Positions 25,415 to 35,173 of a stretch of 64,000 nucleotides of DNA are shown piece by piece. The notes under the pieces were generated by a model. The model saw nothing but the letters and a program-made list of their open reading frames with translations, did no database searches and had not been told where the DNA came from. Within the stretch, counting starts at the first letter, position 1. Each line of letters starts with the position of its first letter. The position numbers were made by a program, and so were the translations under genes. The stretch lies in the sequence record MT135025.1. One strand, 5' to 3'.

Positions 25415-25663
25415 ATGAACTTAATCACACGCAGCAAAATCAATCACGATTCACTTTGGCTTAAAATCATTGCTTCTGACAAGAGCGAAGTAAAGCTATT
25501 CATCGGTCGTACTGGTGTAAAAATCAGTCACAAAACGACTGCTGCTTCAGCTACTGTTATTCGTGAAGTTGCGAACAACGTAAACAAAATGTTCAATGAG
25601 CTATACAAGAGTGGTTTGCCTTACGGTCAAATCATTGAGAAAATCGAAGCCGCTTACAAATAA
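25415..25663 (+). CDS. hypothetical early protein
   Basis: GAGAGAACATTATG start context. Confidence 0.7.
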   Translation: MNLITRSKINHDSLWLKIIASDKSEVKLFIGRTGVKISHKTTAASATVIREVANNVNKMFNELYKSGLPYGQIIEKIEAAYK

Positions 25664-25674
25664 GGGATAAAAAT

Positions 25675-26088
25675 ATGTCTTACAATGTCGTGCCAGTTAT
25701 TAAGAAAACAGCTTTAGCCATGTCTGAAGACGATTCACTCTTACGTGACACGTTCGCGTATAGCTGCTGTGTCGTCTGTGATAAGGCAGCACTTGAAATC
25801 GACGATGAATTGCCAGAGAGTGATTATGCCGTAATCTGGACAACTTGCAATCGCTTTGTTGAAAAAGCAGGTGAAGCGTTCTTGCGTCGAGTAATTGCCG
25901 ATACCAAGTCTGTCCTTGGCTTTGATATACCGCAATTGGTTAAAAACGAGATTCTAGAAGATCTTGAATACGATATGGTTGGTGCTTTTGTTCATACACT
26001 AGCGCGTTCATACGGGCCGTTGAATGAAGAGCATTTTGTACTTGCTCGTAAAGCATGGCTGCAATTTTTATCAAAATATGAGGGTTAG
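25675..26088 (+). CDS. hypothetical protein, paralog of 24949-25338
   Basis: AFVHTLARSYG...RKAWLQFL. Confidence 0.7.
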   Translation: MSYNVVPVIKKTALAMSEDDSLLRDTFAYSCCVVCDKAALEIDDELPESDYAVIWTTCNRFVEKAGEAFLRRVIADTKSVLGFDIPQLVKNEILEDLEYDMVGAFVHTLARSYGPLNEEHFVLARKAWLQFLSKYEG

Positions 26089-26090
26089 AA

Positions 26091-26441
26091 ATGACTTTAG
26101 CTGAATTAGCAGTAGACCATCCGTATTACTGTGCTGACTGTAATTACTACAGTCGCGAAGCTGGTGCAACTTACGACACAATGAAAGAGTTTTTAGACGA
26201 GTTCGAAGACGCTGACGTTGACTACAACCTTGTTTTTCGTTGGGATGTAAAGCCGATTTTAGACGATGAACACGACAAGCCAACTGGTGAGTTTTACGCT
26301 GAAGTCTTTATCATGCAGCAACGCAAAGGTATTTTCGCGCCGTTTTACATTCGTTCTATTACGGAAGATGACGTGCCGCGTTTTGTCGAGTACTTGAAGC
26401 CGCATAAAGAACGTCTTGAGCAAATCTGGATGCCGCTATGA
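26091..26441 (+). CDS. conserved phage hypothetical protein
   Basis: DHPYYC...Y......F.EF.D.DVDYNLVFRWD pattern. Confidence 0.7.
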   Translation: MTLAELAVDHPYYCADCNYYSREAGATYDTMKEFLDEFEDADVDYNLVFRWDVKPILDDEHDKPTGEFYAEVFIMQQRKGIFAPFYIRSITEDDVPRFVEYLKPHKERLEQIWMPL

Positions 26442-26686
26442 TTCTGAATATCTTAATGTGGTACTTCGGGATTGCACTTGTGTACTTTCTTTACTGTGAA
26501 GCACACGACTGGATTTTGTACTTCAAGAACGGTCGTCGTGCAGACAACAAGTTCCCGATTACACACTCTGGCACTCATACGCTTTATTTGTTTATGGGTT
26601 TATTATGGTTCCCTTTGATGTTACTTTTGTTAAAGTGTGAACTTGAACTGCGTTTTAAAATGGTGAAACTATGGCTGAAGAAGTAA
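26438..26686 (+). CDS. small membrane protein
   Basis: two hydrophobic segments; ATGA overlap. Confidence 0.6.
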   Translation: MILNILMWYFGIALVYFLYCEAHDWILYFKNGRRADNKFPITHSGTHTLYLFMGLLWFPLMLLLLKCELELRFKMVKLWLKK

Positions 26687-26982
26687 AAGACTATGACCGC
26701 GCTGTTGTCGTGATCAACTATAAGAGTGGTAGAGCCGTTGCGTTTTGGGTTTATTCCTTTACGCATGAAGAAACGATGCGTGGCGCGTCTGTTGAGTGGC
26801 ATTCAGCGACCAATCCGCTTGATGAAAAAGAGAGTAATGAACTTCGTGAGCGTTTAGCACGTCAGAACATTGCATTGTTAGAAGACCCAGTTCGACTCGC
26901 TACCGACGTTTCAGACATTGAAAGTATCTGGGTAGCAGAGCGTTATCTAGGTCAAGATGGGGAAATTCCAGAAGATGAGTGA
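26671..26982 (+). CDS. hypothetical protein
   Basis: ORF in tiling series. Confidence 0.6.
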   Translation: MAEEVKDYDRAVVVINYKSGRAVAFWVYSFTHEETMRGASVEWHSATNPLDEKESNELRERLARQNIALLEDPVRLATDVSDIESIWVAERYLGQDGEIPEDE

Positions 26983-27205
26983 TTTAATTGCAGGTATTGT
27001 CGGCGTGTTCGTCGTCCTTTTCATGGCAATTGTCGGTCTAGTGTGGTCGATTATTGAGTTTATCATTGGTGTGCTTGTGCTACTAGGGGCAGTAGTAGTG
27101 GGTATTATCGCGACTGTAATAGGCGCTGCAATTGCAACGATTGCATGGCCATTTGTAGAAGCGCGAAAAGCTTACAAAGAACACCGTCGCAAGAAGAATG
27201 ATTAA
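26975..27205 (+). CDS. small membrane protein
   Basis: long hydrophobic stretch followed by basic tail. Confidence 0.6.
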   Translation: MSDLIAGIVGVFVVLFMAIVGLVWSIIEFIIGVLVLLGAVVVGIIATVIGAAIATIAWPFVEARKAYKEHRRKKND

Positions 27206-27518
27206 TCTAAGATCATTGATTGCCAGAGTCAAACAAGAACGTGATGGTCCCGTAATGGATGAATGTCGCTGTACTGTATGTCATAAAGACTTTGCAGTTG
27301 CAGATTGTATTCATGATTACGGGCATCATGACGGGTGGGAAATGCCGCCTTATACTGAAATTCAATGTCCCGAATGTGAATGTGGCGGTTGTATTGAAGA
27401 TTTCTGGTCGAGCGATAAAGCCGTTCTTGAATATGGTGAATATCTTCAAGAGCACGAATCGAGTCGATTTGAAGAATACAAGTCGTATTTCCCAGATGTG
27501 TATGGAGAGACAAAATGA
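27198..27518 (+). CDS. Zn-finger-like hypothetical protein
   Basis: CRCTVC ... CPECECGGC. Confidence 0.6.
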   Translation: MINLRSLIARVKQERDGPVMDECRCTVCHKDFAVADCIHDYGHHDGWEMPPYTEIQCPECECGGCIEDFWSSDKAVLEYGEYLQEHESSRFEEYKSYFPDVYGETK

Positions 27519-27949
27519 TTTACCGTTTCTGGAAAACACCCGATAATATCTGTCTCATTGAAATGACAGACGACCATGCCAACGAAGGCACACGAGCTTA
27601 CATGACCGATATGCATGATCTATACAATGAAAATCATGGTCGTTATATGCTTCTTGGTAACGTTCATTCTTGGGGTACGATTGACTTCACCACTTACGAT
27701 ATCCGTGAGTTACGTTGTCTCGGTTCGATTGAAACTGAAGAACTGACGCTTTCGGCACAAGATAAATCAGTCTTGTCTCGGACGGTTGGTAAAGAAGGGT
27801 TCGATTACGCCATGTTGCATTACAGCGATTACCAGTCTGTAGAGTATAATGTCGTCGAGTCAAGAGAGTTTCACGCGCTGAGAAACAACTTGATTAACGC
27901 ACGAACTGAACTCGAAACGTGGTTACAGCTACAAGGGATAGTAGAATGA
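27515..27949 (+). CDS. hypothetical protein
   Basis: ATGA-coupled ORF. Confidence 0.65.
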   Translation: MIYRFWKTPDNICLIEMTDDHANEGTRAYMTDMHDLYNENHGRYMLLGNVHSWGTIDFTTYDIRELRCLGSIETEELTLSAQDKSVLSRTVGKEGFDYAMLHYSDYQSVEYNVVESREFHALRNNLINARTELETWLQLQGIVE

Positions 27950-28131
27950 ACTTAGGTGATGTTGTTAAAGTCACTGCTGCGCCAGCTAGTCGTTATCACA
28001 ACATCGACGGTCAGCCAGTGACTATAATTGCAATTACTGAACATGACAACAAGCCGTTGTACGTGTTCTTTCATGGCGGTCAGAACGGCACTGGTTATGG
28101 TGCAATGCAAGAACACGGGTTTAAACGATGA
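27946..28131 (+). CDS. hypothetical protein (KOW/SH3-like)
   Basis: MNLGDVVKV start; ATGA overlap. Confidence 0.55.
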   Translation: MNLGDVVKVTAAPASRYHNIDGQPVTIIAITEHDNKPLYVFFHGGQNGTGYGAMQEHGFKR

Positions 28132-28283
28132 ACAAAATGTACGCCGTCCGTTCTTCTCTATACGGGTTGTTATGGAAAGTCGTTATCTTCGCGGACAACT
28201 ACGACCGCAGAACTGTTTCATATCATTTCACTTACAACGGGGCTTATGAGCTTTGTCGTAAGCTAAACGAGGAAAGGCAATGA
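28128..28283 (+). CDS. hypothetical protein (51 aa)
   Basis: Manual translation; ATGA overlaps at both ends. Confidence 0.55.
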   Translation: MNKMYAVRSSLYGLLWKVVIFADNYDRRTVSYHFTYNGAYELCRKLNEERQ

Positions 28284-28747
28284 TACAGGTACAACATGTT
28301 TCACTAGATATTGACCAATGGCTTGAATATTCTTTGCAGAAATTCGAAGATGCCAAGACGCAATATCTCAAAGCCGTTGCTACAGCGAATGCATTCTCAT
28401 GGAAGAAAGAAGAGCCAGTTCTGGTGAAAACGTTCTTCATGGAATACGGTGGTGAAAGTGATCCCCGTTATCTGCTTGAGTTCTGGTCTGAAGTCAATGC
28501 ATATATTGACGAGCACACGAGCGACGACTGGCAGTTTTGTTGTATTGAAGAAAACGAGTATGACGCCAACGATGACCCGTATGAAGATTATGAAATGCTA
28601 TCGACTTCTATTGCAGTATATGCAACGGTCAAAGGCGATGATTACACGCAGTCTGAAGAGTATCGAGCGTTGAAAGATGACGTTGATCTCTGTCTAGAGC
28701 ATCTATTAGAATGCAAGGAAAATTTCAAACGGGAGTTTAACAAATGA
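28280..28747 (+). CDS. hypothetical acidic protein
   Basis: ATGA-coupled ORF. Confidence 0.65.
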   Translation: MIQVQHVSLDIDQWLEYSLQKFEDAKTQYLKAVATANAFSWKKEEPVLVKTFFMEYGGESDPRYLLEFWSEVNAYIDEHTSDDWQFCCIEENEYDANDDPYEDYEMLSTSIAVYATVKGDDYTQSEEYRALKDDVDLCLEHLLECKENFKREFNK

Positions 28748-29070
28748 GCCAAATGGAATACAATAAAGGCGTATTGCATCCAACTAGCAAGTCGATTGAA
28801 GAACTAGCTGAAGAGCTTGTGACAGATTTACCAAGCTATTACGATTCTAAAGTCGAATATCTCTTGGATAATCACGTCGATTATGGGCTAGTTTTGGTTT
28901 GTGACAAGCCTTACACTGTCACTTTTGAAGCCGAACGCGAAGACCTATATCATCTTGCACGTGCTGACGTTCAAGAAAACGGTGATATTCATTTCGAGAC
29001 GTATCACTATAACGGTGGTGCTCATTGGACTGAAGTAGTAGAAGATGCATTACGTGAGGTTAAGCAATGA
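28744..29070 (+). CDS. hypothetical protein
   Basis: HYNGGAHW.E motif; ATGA overlap. Confidence 0.65.
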   Translation: MSQMEYNKGVLHPTSKSIEELAEELVTDLPSYYDSKVEYLLDNHVDYGLVLVCDKPYTVTFEAEREDLYHLARADVQENGDIHFETYHYNGGAHWTEVVEDALREVKQ

Positions 29071-29240
29071 TCATTCTTGAGTTCATTTTTACTCTATTAG
29101 CCGCATACGCAGGGAACTACATCGGTCGCTATATCTCGGTGAATAATGGCACATACACTAAGCCGAATCCGTTTGCGTTTGAAAATCTCAATCACGAAGT
29201 CAATTGGGTATTGGCGATTGTACTAATGGTGATTATCTAA
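29067..29240 (+). CDS. small membrane protein (57 aa)
   Basis: Manual translation; stop overlaps tk start. Confidence 0.5.
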   Translation: MIILEFIFTLLAAYAGNYIGRYISVNNGTYTKPNPFAFENLNHEVNWVLAIVLMVII

Positions 29241-29824
29241 TGGCAAAACTTTACTACAATTATTCCGCTATGAACGCGGGTAAATCTGCACAGTTGTTAC
29301 AAGCTGCTCATAACTACGAACAGACTGGTTCTACTGTGTGGTATTTTAACTACTATCAAGACGACCGTTTTGGTGGTGTTGGGAAGATCTCTAGCCGTAT
29401 TGGCTTAGAGCATGACGCTGTGCTATACAGTGAAGAGTTCGATTTCATTGACTATGCTTTATTTGAGCGAGTTCCAGCCGCGATTTTCGTCGATGAATGT
29501 CAGTTCCTTACTGAGAAACAAGTACTTCAGCTTGCTACGCTGGTGGATCAGTACAACATACCAGTGCTTTGTTACGGTATACGTAACGATTACATGGGTA
29601 ATTTGTTTGCGGGTTCTGCTGCGTTGATGTGTCATGCCGATGAGATTCGAGAAATCAAAGCTATGTGCTCAGTCGAGGGTTGTCATAAGAAAGCAACTCA
29701 TATCGGGTTGTACATCGGCGGTGAGCGTGTAACACAAGGTGAACAGACATATATTGGTGATACTGATTACCGTAGTATGTGTCGTAAGCATTTTCTAAGG
29801 GATGCAAATGGACAGAGTACTTGA
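29240..29824 (+). CDS. tk: thymidine kinase
   Basis: MAKLYYNYSAMNAGKS, VDECQFLT, PVLCYGIRND, EIKAMC...C, YRSMCRKHF. Confidence 0.95.
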   Translation: MAKLYYNYSAMNAGKSAQLLQAAHNYEQTGSTVWYFNYYQDDRFGGVGKISSRIGLEHDAVLYSEEFDFIDYALFERVPAAIFVDECQFLTEKQVLQLATLVDQYNIPVLCYGIRNDYMGNLFAGSAALMCHADEIREIKAMCSVEGCHKKATHIGLYIGGERVTQGEQTYIGDTDYRSMCRKHFLRDANGQST

Positions 29825-30110
29825 ATTGGAGTCGCAGATTGCGGCTCTTCAACGGGAATTACAAGACGAGCGTAACCGATGTCGTCATACTCGCGTTACA
29901 TATGAGTTCAAGTCGAATACGGGTAATTATGATCCGCATTCAGATTGCTACTGGAATGAAGTGCAGTGTATTGACTGCGGTTCTCGTATGCACTTCGACT
30001 CAGATGATGACAATGATAATTATCGCCTTGCTGGTGTAATCGGCTCTGAAGGTAAAGTTGAGAAACACGATTACGAAACATATTTGAAAGTGAAAAAGGA
30101 ACTAGAATGA
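29802..30110 (+). CDS. hypothetical protein (Zn-ribbon-like)
   Basis: CRH...CIDCG. Confidence 0.6.
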   Translation: MQMDRVLELESQIAALQRELQDERNRCRHTRVTYEFKSNTGNYDPHSDCYWNEVQCIDCGSRMHFDSDDDNDNYRLAGVIGSEGKVEKHDYETYLKVKKELE

Positions 30111-30457
30111 AGTACGTACGTTATACTGAATTCAATGACCACGAAGGTGAGACATGGCATCGTTTTATCCCGATGACAGATCCGTGTTTAGACAAGTTTC
30201 TAGATGTCATGAAGCTAGTTGAAGATGACCCCGAAGAAGCGTATTCGATTGAAGTCGATGCCAACGGAAAGCTTGTCCAATACGATGAGTCATACGTAAA
30301 AGTGCTAGTGGACGAAGCAGCCATGTATATGAGCGGTTACATGAACATGTATGCCGTATGTAATATTAACGAAAAGCTATTCGAATGGGTTGCCGATGTC
30401 GATAATGACGTTGAAGCCGTTTGCGAAATGCTATACAAAATGGGGTGGGCGAAATGA
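30107..30457 (+). CDS. hypothetical acidic protein
   Basis: E.NDHEGETW..FIP motif; ATGA overlap. Confidence 0.65.
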   Translation: MKYVRYTEFNDHEGETWHRFIPMTDPCLDKFLDVMKLVEDDPEEAYSIEVDANGKLVQYDESYVKVLVDEAAMYMSGYMNMYAVCNINEKLFEWVADVDNDVEAVCEMLYKMGWAK

Positions 30458-30777
30458 GCCAAGCACTATATGACGCAGTAAAAGCGTACAACGACGAACA
30501 TGGTTATTCAAACGAGCCAGATTCGATGTACGAGACGTTTGTAGAATGCCTAAGCAAACGCATTGTACAAGAAGAAACCGAATCTGAGCATCGTTGGTAT
30601 GATGTTCGTTCTGTGGTACATGCTGTTGACATCGACGGCGTAGAGCGTTACTTCGCTACGTTTGATTATCATATTACTGGTGATAACTGTGCCAGTGACA
30701 TGGATTTAGACATGCCGACGCTTGATGATGTAACAGAAGTTCATCCGCATCAAGTAACCATGACTGTTTACAAGTAA
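30454..30777 (+). CDS. hypothetical acidic protein
   Basis: ATGA-coupled ORF. Confidence 0.65.
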   Translation: MSQALYDAVKAYNDEHGYSNEPDSMYETFVECLSKRIVQEETESEHRWYDVRSVVHAVDIDGVERYFATFDYHITGDNCASDMDLDMPTLDDVTEVHPHQVTMTVYK

Positions 30778-31070
30778 TGGACATCGGTACATTAACTGCG
30801 TTATGTGAGCGGGCAGCGTTGTTGTCTGTTCACTTACCAGTTGAGAAGCGTGACCGTTGTCTATCTATGATTGATGTGCTTCTAGCGAATTCACATTGGC
30901 CCGATCTAAAGATTGGTGGATGGTTAGAGCACATTATCACAGTGTGCATTGAAAACGGTATAACGACTATCGACGCAGAGCGTGAATTCAGTCGTCCGAT
31001 AAAACATGCGTATTACAGAAGTATAGGTCTTGAACCGCCAGTTACTATTGACTTATCCAGAGCCCCTTAA
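30777..31070 (+). CDS. hypothetical protein
   Basis: TAATG-coupled ORF. Confidence 0.65.
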   Translation: MDIGTLTALCERAALLSVHLPVEKRDRCLSMIDVLLANSHWPDLKIGGWLEHIITVCIENGITTIDAEREFSRPIKHAYYRSIGLEPPVTIDLSRAP

Positions 31071-31083
31071 TTGGGGCTTTTTT
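31061..31083 (+). terminator. intrinsic terminator
   Basis: AGCCCC-TTAATT-GGGGCTTTTTT. Confidence 0.85.
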
Positions 31084-31124
31084 AGGTCTGAAGAAAAAAG
31101 TTTAAGTTTTTTTGCAAAAAGTGG

Positions 31125-31153
31125 TTGCATGGCGAATGGTAATCTCCTATTAT
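31125..31153 (+). promoter_or_regulatory. early promoter
   Basis: TTGCAT-17 bp-TATTAT, ATCGAAAC leader. Confidence 0.75.
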
Positions 31154-31208
31154 AGCTACATCGAAACGAGATACACAATCTTAAACGACTTAACTAAGAG
31201 AGAACATT

Positions 31209-31808
31209 ATGCCAAGCAATCTAAACAACATCAAAATCAAAGACATTCGCGAATTCGGTATCAGCACTATTTCATACAAAGATTTCACTATCTTTGCTAC
31301 TGAAGAAGCTGACGAGATTGTTCTACGCGCTGCTGTAGAATACGATGAGAACTCAGACGCTCACGTATCAGTTACTGAAGTGTGTGGTGACACTCTGAAA
31401 GAAGCGAAAGCTTACCTACAAGCTGAATTGAACGACGTTGAGCACACTGCTGGTCAGATTGCTGAAATGGCGATTGCACTTGACTTCACTGGTCAATACG
31501 ACGTTCTAGTTGAGAAATTCAACGCGCCAAAAGCGAAGCCAGTAGCAGTAGTCTCTCCTGTAGCTAAAGTATCTGCTCCAGTAGAAGAGACTAAGCCAGC
31601 GCCTAAGAAAACTAACGCACGCGGTGCTGCTGCACGTGAGCTAGTCGCTGAGAAAGCAACTGAAGTTACAGGTCTGACTGACATCACTTTCGAGCAGCGT
31701 GGCAAATACAAAGACTGGTACATCATGGGTACTGACGCTGAAGGCGAAGCATTTGAGCAACGTCTAGACGTATTCAAGAAGAAACTAGTAGTAATGGGAG
31801 CATTGTAA
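31209..31808 (+). CDS. hypothetical early protein with Pro/Ala/Lys linker
   Basis: GAGAGAACATTATG start context. Confidence 0.75.
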   Translation: MPSNLNNIKIKDIREFGISTISYKDFTIFATEEADEIVLRAAVEYDENSDAHVSVTEVCGDTLKEAKAYLQAELNDVEHTAGQIAEMAIALDFTGQYDVLVEKFNAPKAKPVAVVSPVAKVSAPVEETKPAPKKTNARGAAARELVAEKATEVTGLTDITFEQRGKYKDWYIMGTDAEGEAFEQRLDVFKKKLVVMGAL

Positions 31809-31978
31809 TGGTTAATCAAGTACGACGCATCAACGGTGATGATTACATTGTCAAGTCTCACCGTGACAACAAGTGTGAAGTACAAAAGCTTTCACATTCT
31901 GAATTAGTTCTTGACACGTACGACGAAAAAGAGCTAGAATCTTTCGAACTTATTACAACACTATCTGATACTTTTTAA
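31808..31978 (+). CDS. hypothetical protein (56 aa)
   Basis: Manual translation; TAATG coupling. Confidence 0.55.
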   Translation: MVNQVRRINGDDYIVKSHRDNKCEVQKLSHSELVLDTYDEKELESFELITTLSDTF

Positions 31979-31987
31979 GGACATATT

Positions 31988-32569
31988 ATGAACATCAAAG
32001 CAGGTCAAATCGTAGTTTCAACGGCAACATCACACAAGTCAGTTGGCAAGAATGGCGAGTACGGATTGGTTATGCACGCCAACAACACTCTAGCAATCGT
32101 ATATTGGCCAAACGCAGGTCGTTGTGTCAAACAGTTTTTCAAAAATGCGACTATCTCACGAGTAGACTTCCCTGATAGTTACCGTGTAGATATTAATTCA
32201 GACGAAGCCAGAGCTGCGTACGTGAAATACAAAGCAGACATTGCAGACAAAGTAAAGGCAAAGAAAGCAAACAGCGCGCCTACTGTGAAACTCGGCACGG
32301 CTGATAATGTTCTTGATGTAGTGAATACAGAAATGGGTGCGGTATCTGCTATCATGAGTGATGTACAATACAGCCCGCTTCAAGAAGCTGTAATCATGAA
32401 CAATCTAATGAAGCTAGTTGAACGCTGCCGAGTGAAGTTCGGGATGAAAGAACTAATGCTAATGGGTGACGGTGTTGACAAAGCTGAAGAAACAATGCAA
32501 TCTATCAATGACATTCGCGCCAAAGTGGAAACTCTAGGTGCATCATTGGAAGACTTACTAAAACTTTAA
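31988..32569 (+). CDS. hypothetical protein
   Basis: AAGGA SD; 193 aa. Confidence 0.75.
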   Translation: MNIKAGQIVVSTATSHKSVGKNGEYGLVMHANNTLAIVYWPNAGRCVKQFFKNATISRVDFPDSYRVDINSDEARAAYVKYKADIADKVKAKKANSAPTVKLGTADNVLDVVNTEMGAVSAIMSDVQYSPLQEAVIMNNLMKLVERCRVKFGMKELMLMGDGVDKAEETMQSINDIRAKVETLGASLEDLLKL

Positions 32570-32616
32570 TACAACTTTAAGCATTACATACATTTAACAA
32601 TTGAGAGAATTACATT

Positions 32617-33174
32617 ATGAATAAATCAGTACAACTAGCAATCTCATTCGCTGGCACACACATGGTAACTGCCTACGAGCTTGCTCAGAACTTCTATGAC
32701 GAAAGCAAGAGCAAGACATATATTGACTCAGTGCGTCGTCGATGTGCTAAAGAGCTTGAAGAAGGCGTGAAGGCGGGATTACTAACTCGTGTTAAAGGTA
32801 AGAAGTATGCGGGTTCAACTAAGTTTGCGCATCGTTACACATGTCGTAAGTACGCTGATAAGATTGGTCTAAAGAACGTACCTTACCGTGACGGTCGTAA
32901 CGCTCCACCACGTACTGGTATTATTGCACTGATTGAAAAATGCGTTGCTGAAATGATTGTTGACAAAACGTACCGTCACAAGAAGTTCACTTCAAACGAA
33001 GTTGGTATCGCGACTGTTATTCAATACATTCGAGAAGGCAAAACACCTACTGCACGCAAGATCTTGAGCAGCCACGCGAACACATATGAAAAGAACGTGA
33101 AGTACGTTGTTCGCAACCACCGTGGTGTCCTTGATGACAAAGGGCTTAACTTACGCGACTTGGTGAAAGCATAA
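32617..33174 (+). CDS. basic hypothetical protein (possible DNA-binding)
   Basis: Lys/Arg-rich; helix pattern suggestive of winged helix. Confidence 0.65.
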   Translation: MNKSVQLAISFAGTHMVTAYELAQNFYDESKSKTYIDSVRRRCAKELEEGVKAGLLTRVKGKKYAGSTKFAHRYTCRKYADKIGLKNVPYRDGRNAPPRTGIIALIEKCVAEMIVDKTYRHKKFTSNEVGIATVIQYIREGKTPTARKILSSHANTYEKNVKYVVRNHRGVLDDKGLNLRDLVKA

Positions 33175-33548
33175 TGCAACCAATAGACGTAAGAGATAGA
33201 TTGCCGTCGCAAGACGGCACTTATCTTTGTATCAGATACGGGATGCCGTATAAGCCAGAACCGATTGAGTTCTTTATTGATTGCGACGATACAGCAACTT
33301 GGTCAGATGAGATTCTTTGCAGAGAAGGTGGCGGTGGTGTTAAGCCTTACAATCAATTGTCTAACGCAGAGAAATACTGGCGCACCAATTACGGTAAAGT
33401 GATTTACTGGTTTGAAATCCCTGAGAATCACATGAGCAGTAACGATTTCAAAGACTACATGATTGCAGACCTGAGCAGTCGCGGTATTGATCCAGATGAA
33501 ATAACTGGCGATTGGGAACGAATCGAACACGGAGAAACACATGCATAA
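33174..33548 (+). CDS. hypothetical protein
   Basis: DRLP..DG.YL start typical of phage DUF551-like proteins. Confidence 0.6.
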   Translation: MQPIDVRDRLPSQDGTYLCIRYGMPYKPEPIEFFIDCDDTATWSDEILCREGGGGVKPYNQLSNAEKYWRTNYGKVIYWFEIPENHMSSNDFKDYMIADLSSRGIDPDEITGDWERIEHGETHA

Positions 33549-34134
33549 AATGACAGTACACGTATGCGACTACTGCGACTTCCAAAGCATTCTAGAGCGC
33601 GAAGTCGCAGCACACGAGAAAGTTTGCTCTGCGGTTAAAACGTTCAACGACGTTAAAGCGATTCAGCAAGCGCAAGCACATGCTTATCTTGATACGATTC
33701 GATTGCGTGCATGTTCGTTCAAGCACTTGTTTGAAATCATTCAAGACGAGGAAGACATGATCATCGAAGCGGTTCAGGTGTTGCACTTCTACGGCGAAGA
33801 GCGTAAAACACCGCGTATGATGAACTTCAAATGGAAATACTGTCATTTCTGTCACGAGCACGAGCAGTTTCGAGAACAGCGCAAGACACACAGCGCGCCA
33901 GTTGGTGAGAAAACTTGCCCGATGTGGTCAGAAAACAAAGACGACATCAAGAGCGGTCTTGCTTGTGCTATTGAATGCACATGGGAACATCAAGGTAGTC
34001 GTAAATCAGTAGATCGCTATCGTAAATACCTTGGTTATATTCCGGGTGTGAATACTGGCTCAGGTGGTGGTGTTGATAAAGTTCATTACTATCTGACACT
34101 GTGGAAAGATGATTTCCCATTAATTCAAAAATAA
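33541..34134 (+). CDS. hypothetical Cys/His-containing protein
   Basis: CDYC...HEKVC; NTGSGGG. Confidence 0.65.
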   Translation: MHKMTVHVCDYCDFQSILEREVAAHEKVCSAVKTFNDVKAIQQAQAHAYLDTIRLRACSFKHLFEIIQDEEDMIIEAVQVLHFYGEERKTPRMMNFKWKYCHFCHEHEQFREQRKTHSAPVGEKTCPMWSENKDDIKSGLACAIECTWEHQGSRKSVDRYRKYLGYIPGVNTGSGGGVDKVHYYLTLWKDDFPLIQK

Positions 34135-34139
34135 CCAAA

Positions 34140-34174
34140 AAAGGGTTGCTTCGGCAGCCCTTTTTGCGTATTAT
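34140..34174 (+). promoter_or_regulatory. terminator/early-promoter cassette
   Basis: AAAGGGTTGC-TTCG-GCAGCCCTTT, TTGCTT-17 bp-TATTAT. Confidence 0.8.
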
Positions 34175-34203
34175 AGCTCTATCGAAACGAAAGAGAGAAC
34201 ATT

Positions 34204-34446
34204 ATGACTTCAGTAATCAACGAAAAATTCATGACAGTGATTCACAAAGCACAAGACGCAGTTGTTGCTGAAAATGCTTCTTTCGATTACGTAGCATCTA
34301 ACGCTGAGATCGCAACTGACATTTGGCACAATCACATGACTCCGTTCGAGCGTCTAGAGTTTGTTCAGTTGTTCACTAACGAGTCTCTAGTGATTGAACG
34401 CCGTTACGACCTTGCGCTTTGGTTAATTGAAAATTCTTTGAAATAA
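34204..34446 (+). CDS. hypothetical early protein
   Basis: GAGAGAACATTATG start context. Confidence 0.7.
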   Translation: MTSVINEKFMTVIHKAQDAVVAENASFDYVASNAEIATDIWHNHMTPFERLEFVQLFTNESLVIERRYDLALWLIENSLK

Positions 34447-34449
34447 TGC

Positions 34450-34478
34450 TTGACGAGTTTCACCAAAAAGCCGATAAT
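34450..34478 (+). promoter_or_regulatory. early promoter
   Basis: TTGACG-17 bp-GATAAT, AGCTACATCAAAACG leader. Confidence 0.65.
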
Positions 34479-34504
34479 AGCTACATCAAAACGAGGAGAA
34501 CATT

Positions 34505-34795
34505 ATGAACTACACAACTGAAACAATCAAAGCATGTCTTGAACTAGTTGCAACTTTGAAATCAGACAAGATTACAAAAGGCAACGTAGAGAAGCTACGC
34601 GCTGCATATCGTGCTCAATCTGACCAAGAAGTGTCTATTGCTATGTCTTCTATCTGTTCGATTGCAGAGCGTCATTTAGACCGCAAAGCAGCGAATCGTC
34701 CTGCAATGAGCAAGTGTGCTGAGTCTTACTTGAACTTTGATTGGCGTACAATCCCGGGTTGTGTTGGTTTTTCACGTGAAGTACTAGAGGTATAA
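34505..34795 (+). CDS. hypothetical early protein
   Basis: GGAGAACATTATG start context. Confidence 0.7.
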   Translation: MNYTTETIKACLELVATLKSDKITKGNVEKLRAAYRAQSDQEVSIAMSSICSIAERHLDRKAANRPAMSKCAESYLNFDWRTIPGCVGFSREVLEV

Positions 34796-34840
34796 CATGA
34801 GCAAGATCGACGAAGCGTTTTTCTGCATTTTATTTTACCT

Positions 34841-35173
34841 ATGCGTGTTTGTATACAAAACACGTTGGTTTCTAATTGGTATGGGGGTAGCATGGTTAGT
34901 CTTTTAAAAGCAGTTAACAGTGAGTTCACAGACAAGACGGGTTATGTTTTGCCTGTTGAAATCGCAGAGAAAGTATCACGCGAGTGTGAGCAAGAATATT
35001 GGAATACGTTTTACACTCATGATTGCACGTCGTTAGACACTGCTGACCGCGATGTTGTATTCGATATGATTGCCGCAGAACTTGGCTTTGAAGACGGATG
35101 GCCAATGTACGGTTCGTCTGAAGAGTACACAAACAAATTTTGGCAAGCAATTCAAAAACTGGAGAAAGCATGA
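34841..35173 (+). CDS. hypothetical protein (start uncertain)
   Basis: ORF ends with ATGA overlap to next gene. Confidence 0.55.
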   Translation: MRVCIQNTLVSNWYGGSMVSLLKAVNSEFTDKTGYVLPVEIAEKVSRECEQEYWNTFYTHDCTSLDTADRDVVFDMIAAELGFEDGWPMYGSSEEYTNKFWQAIQKLEKA

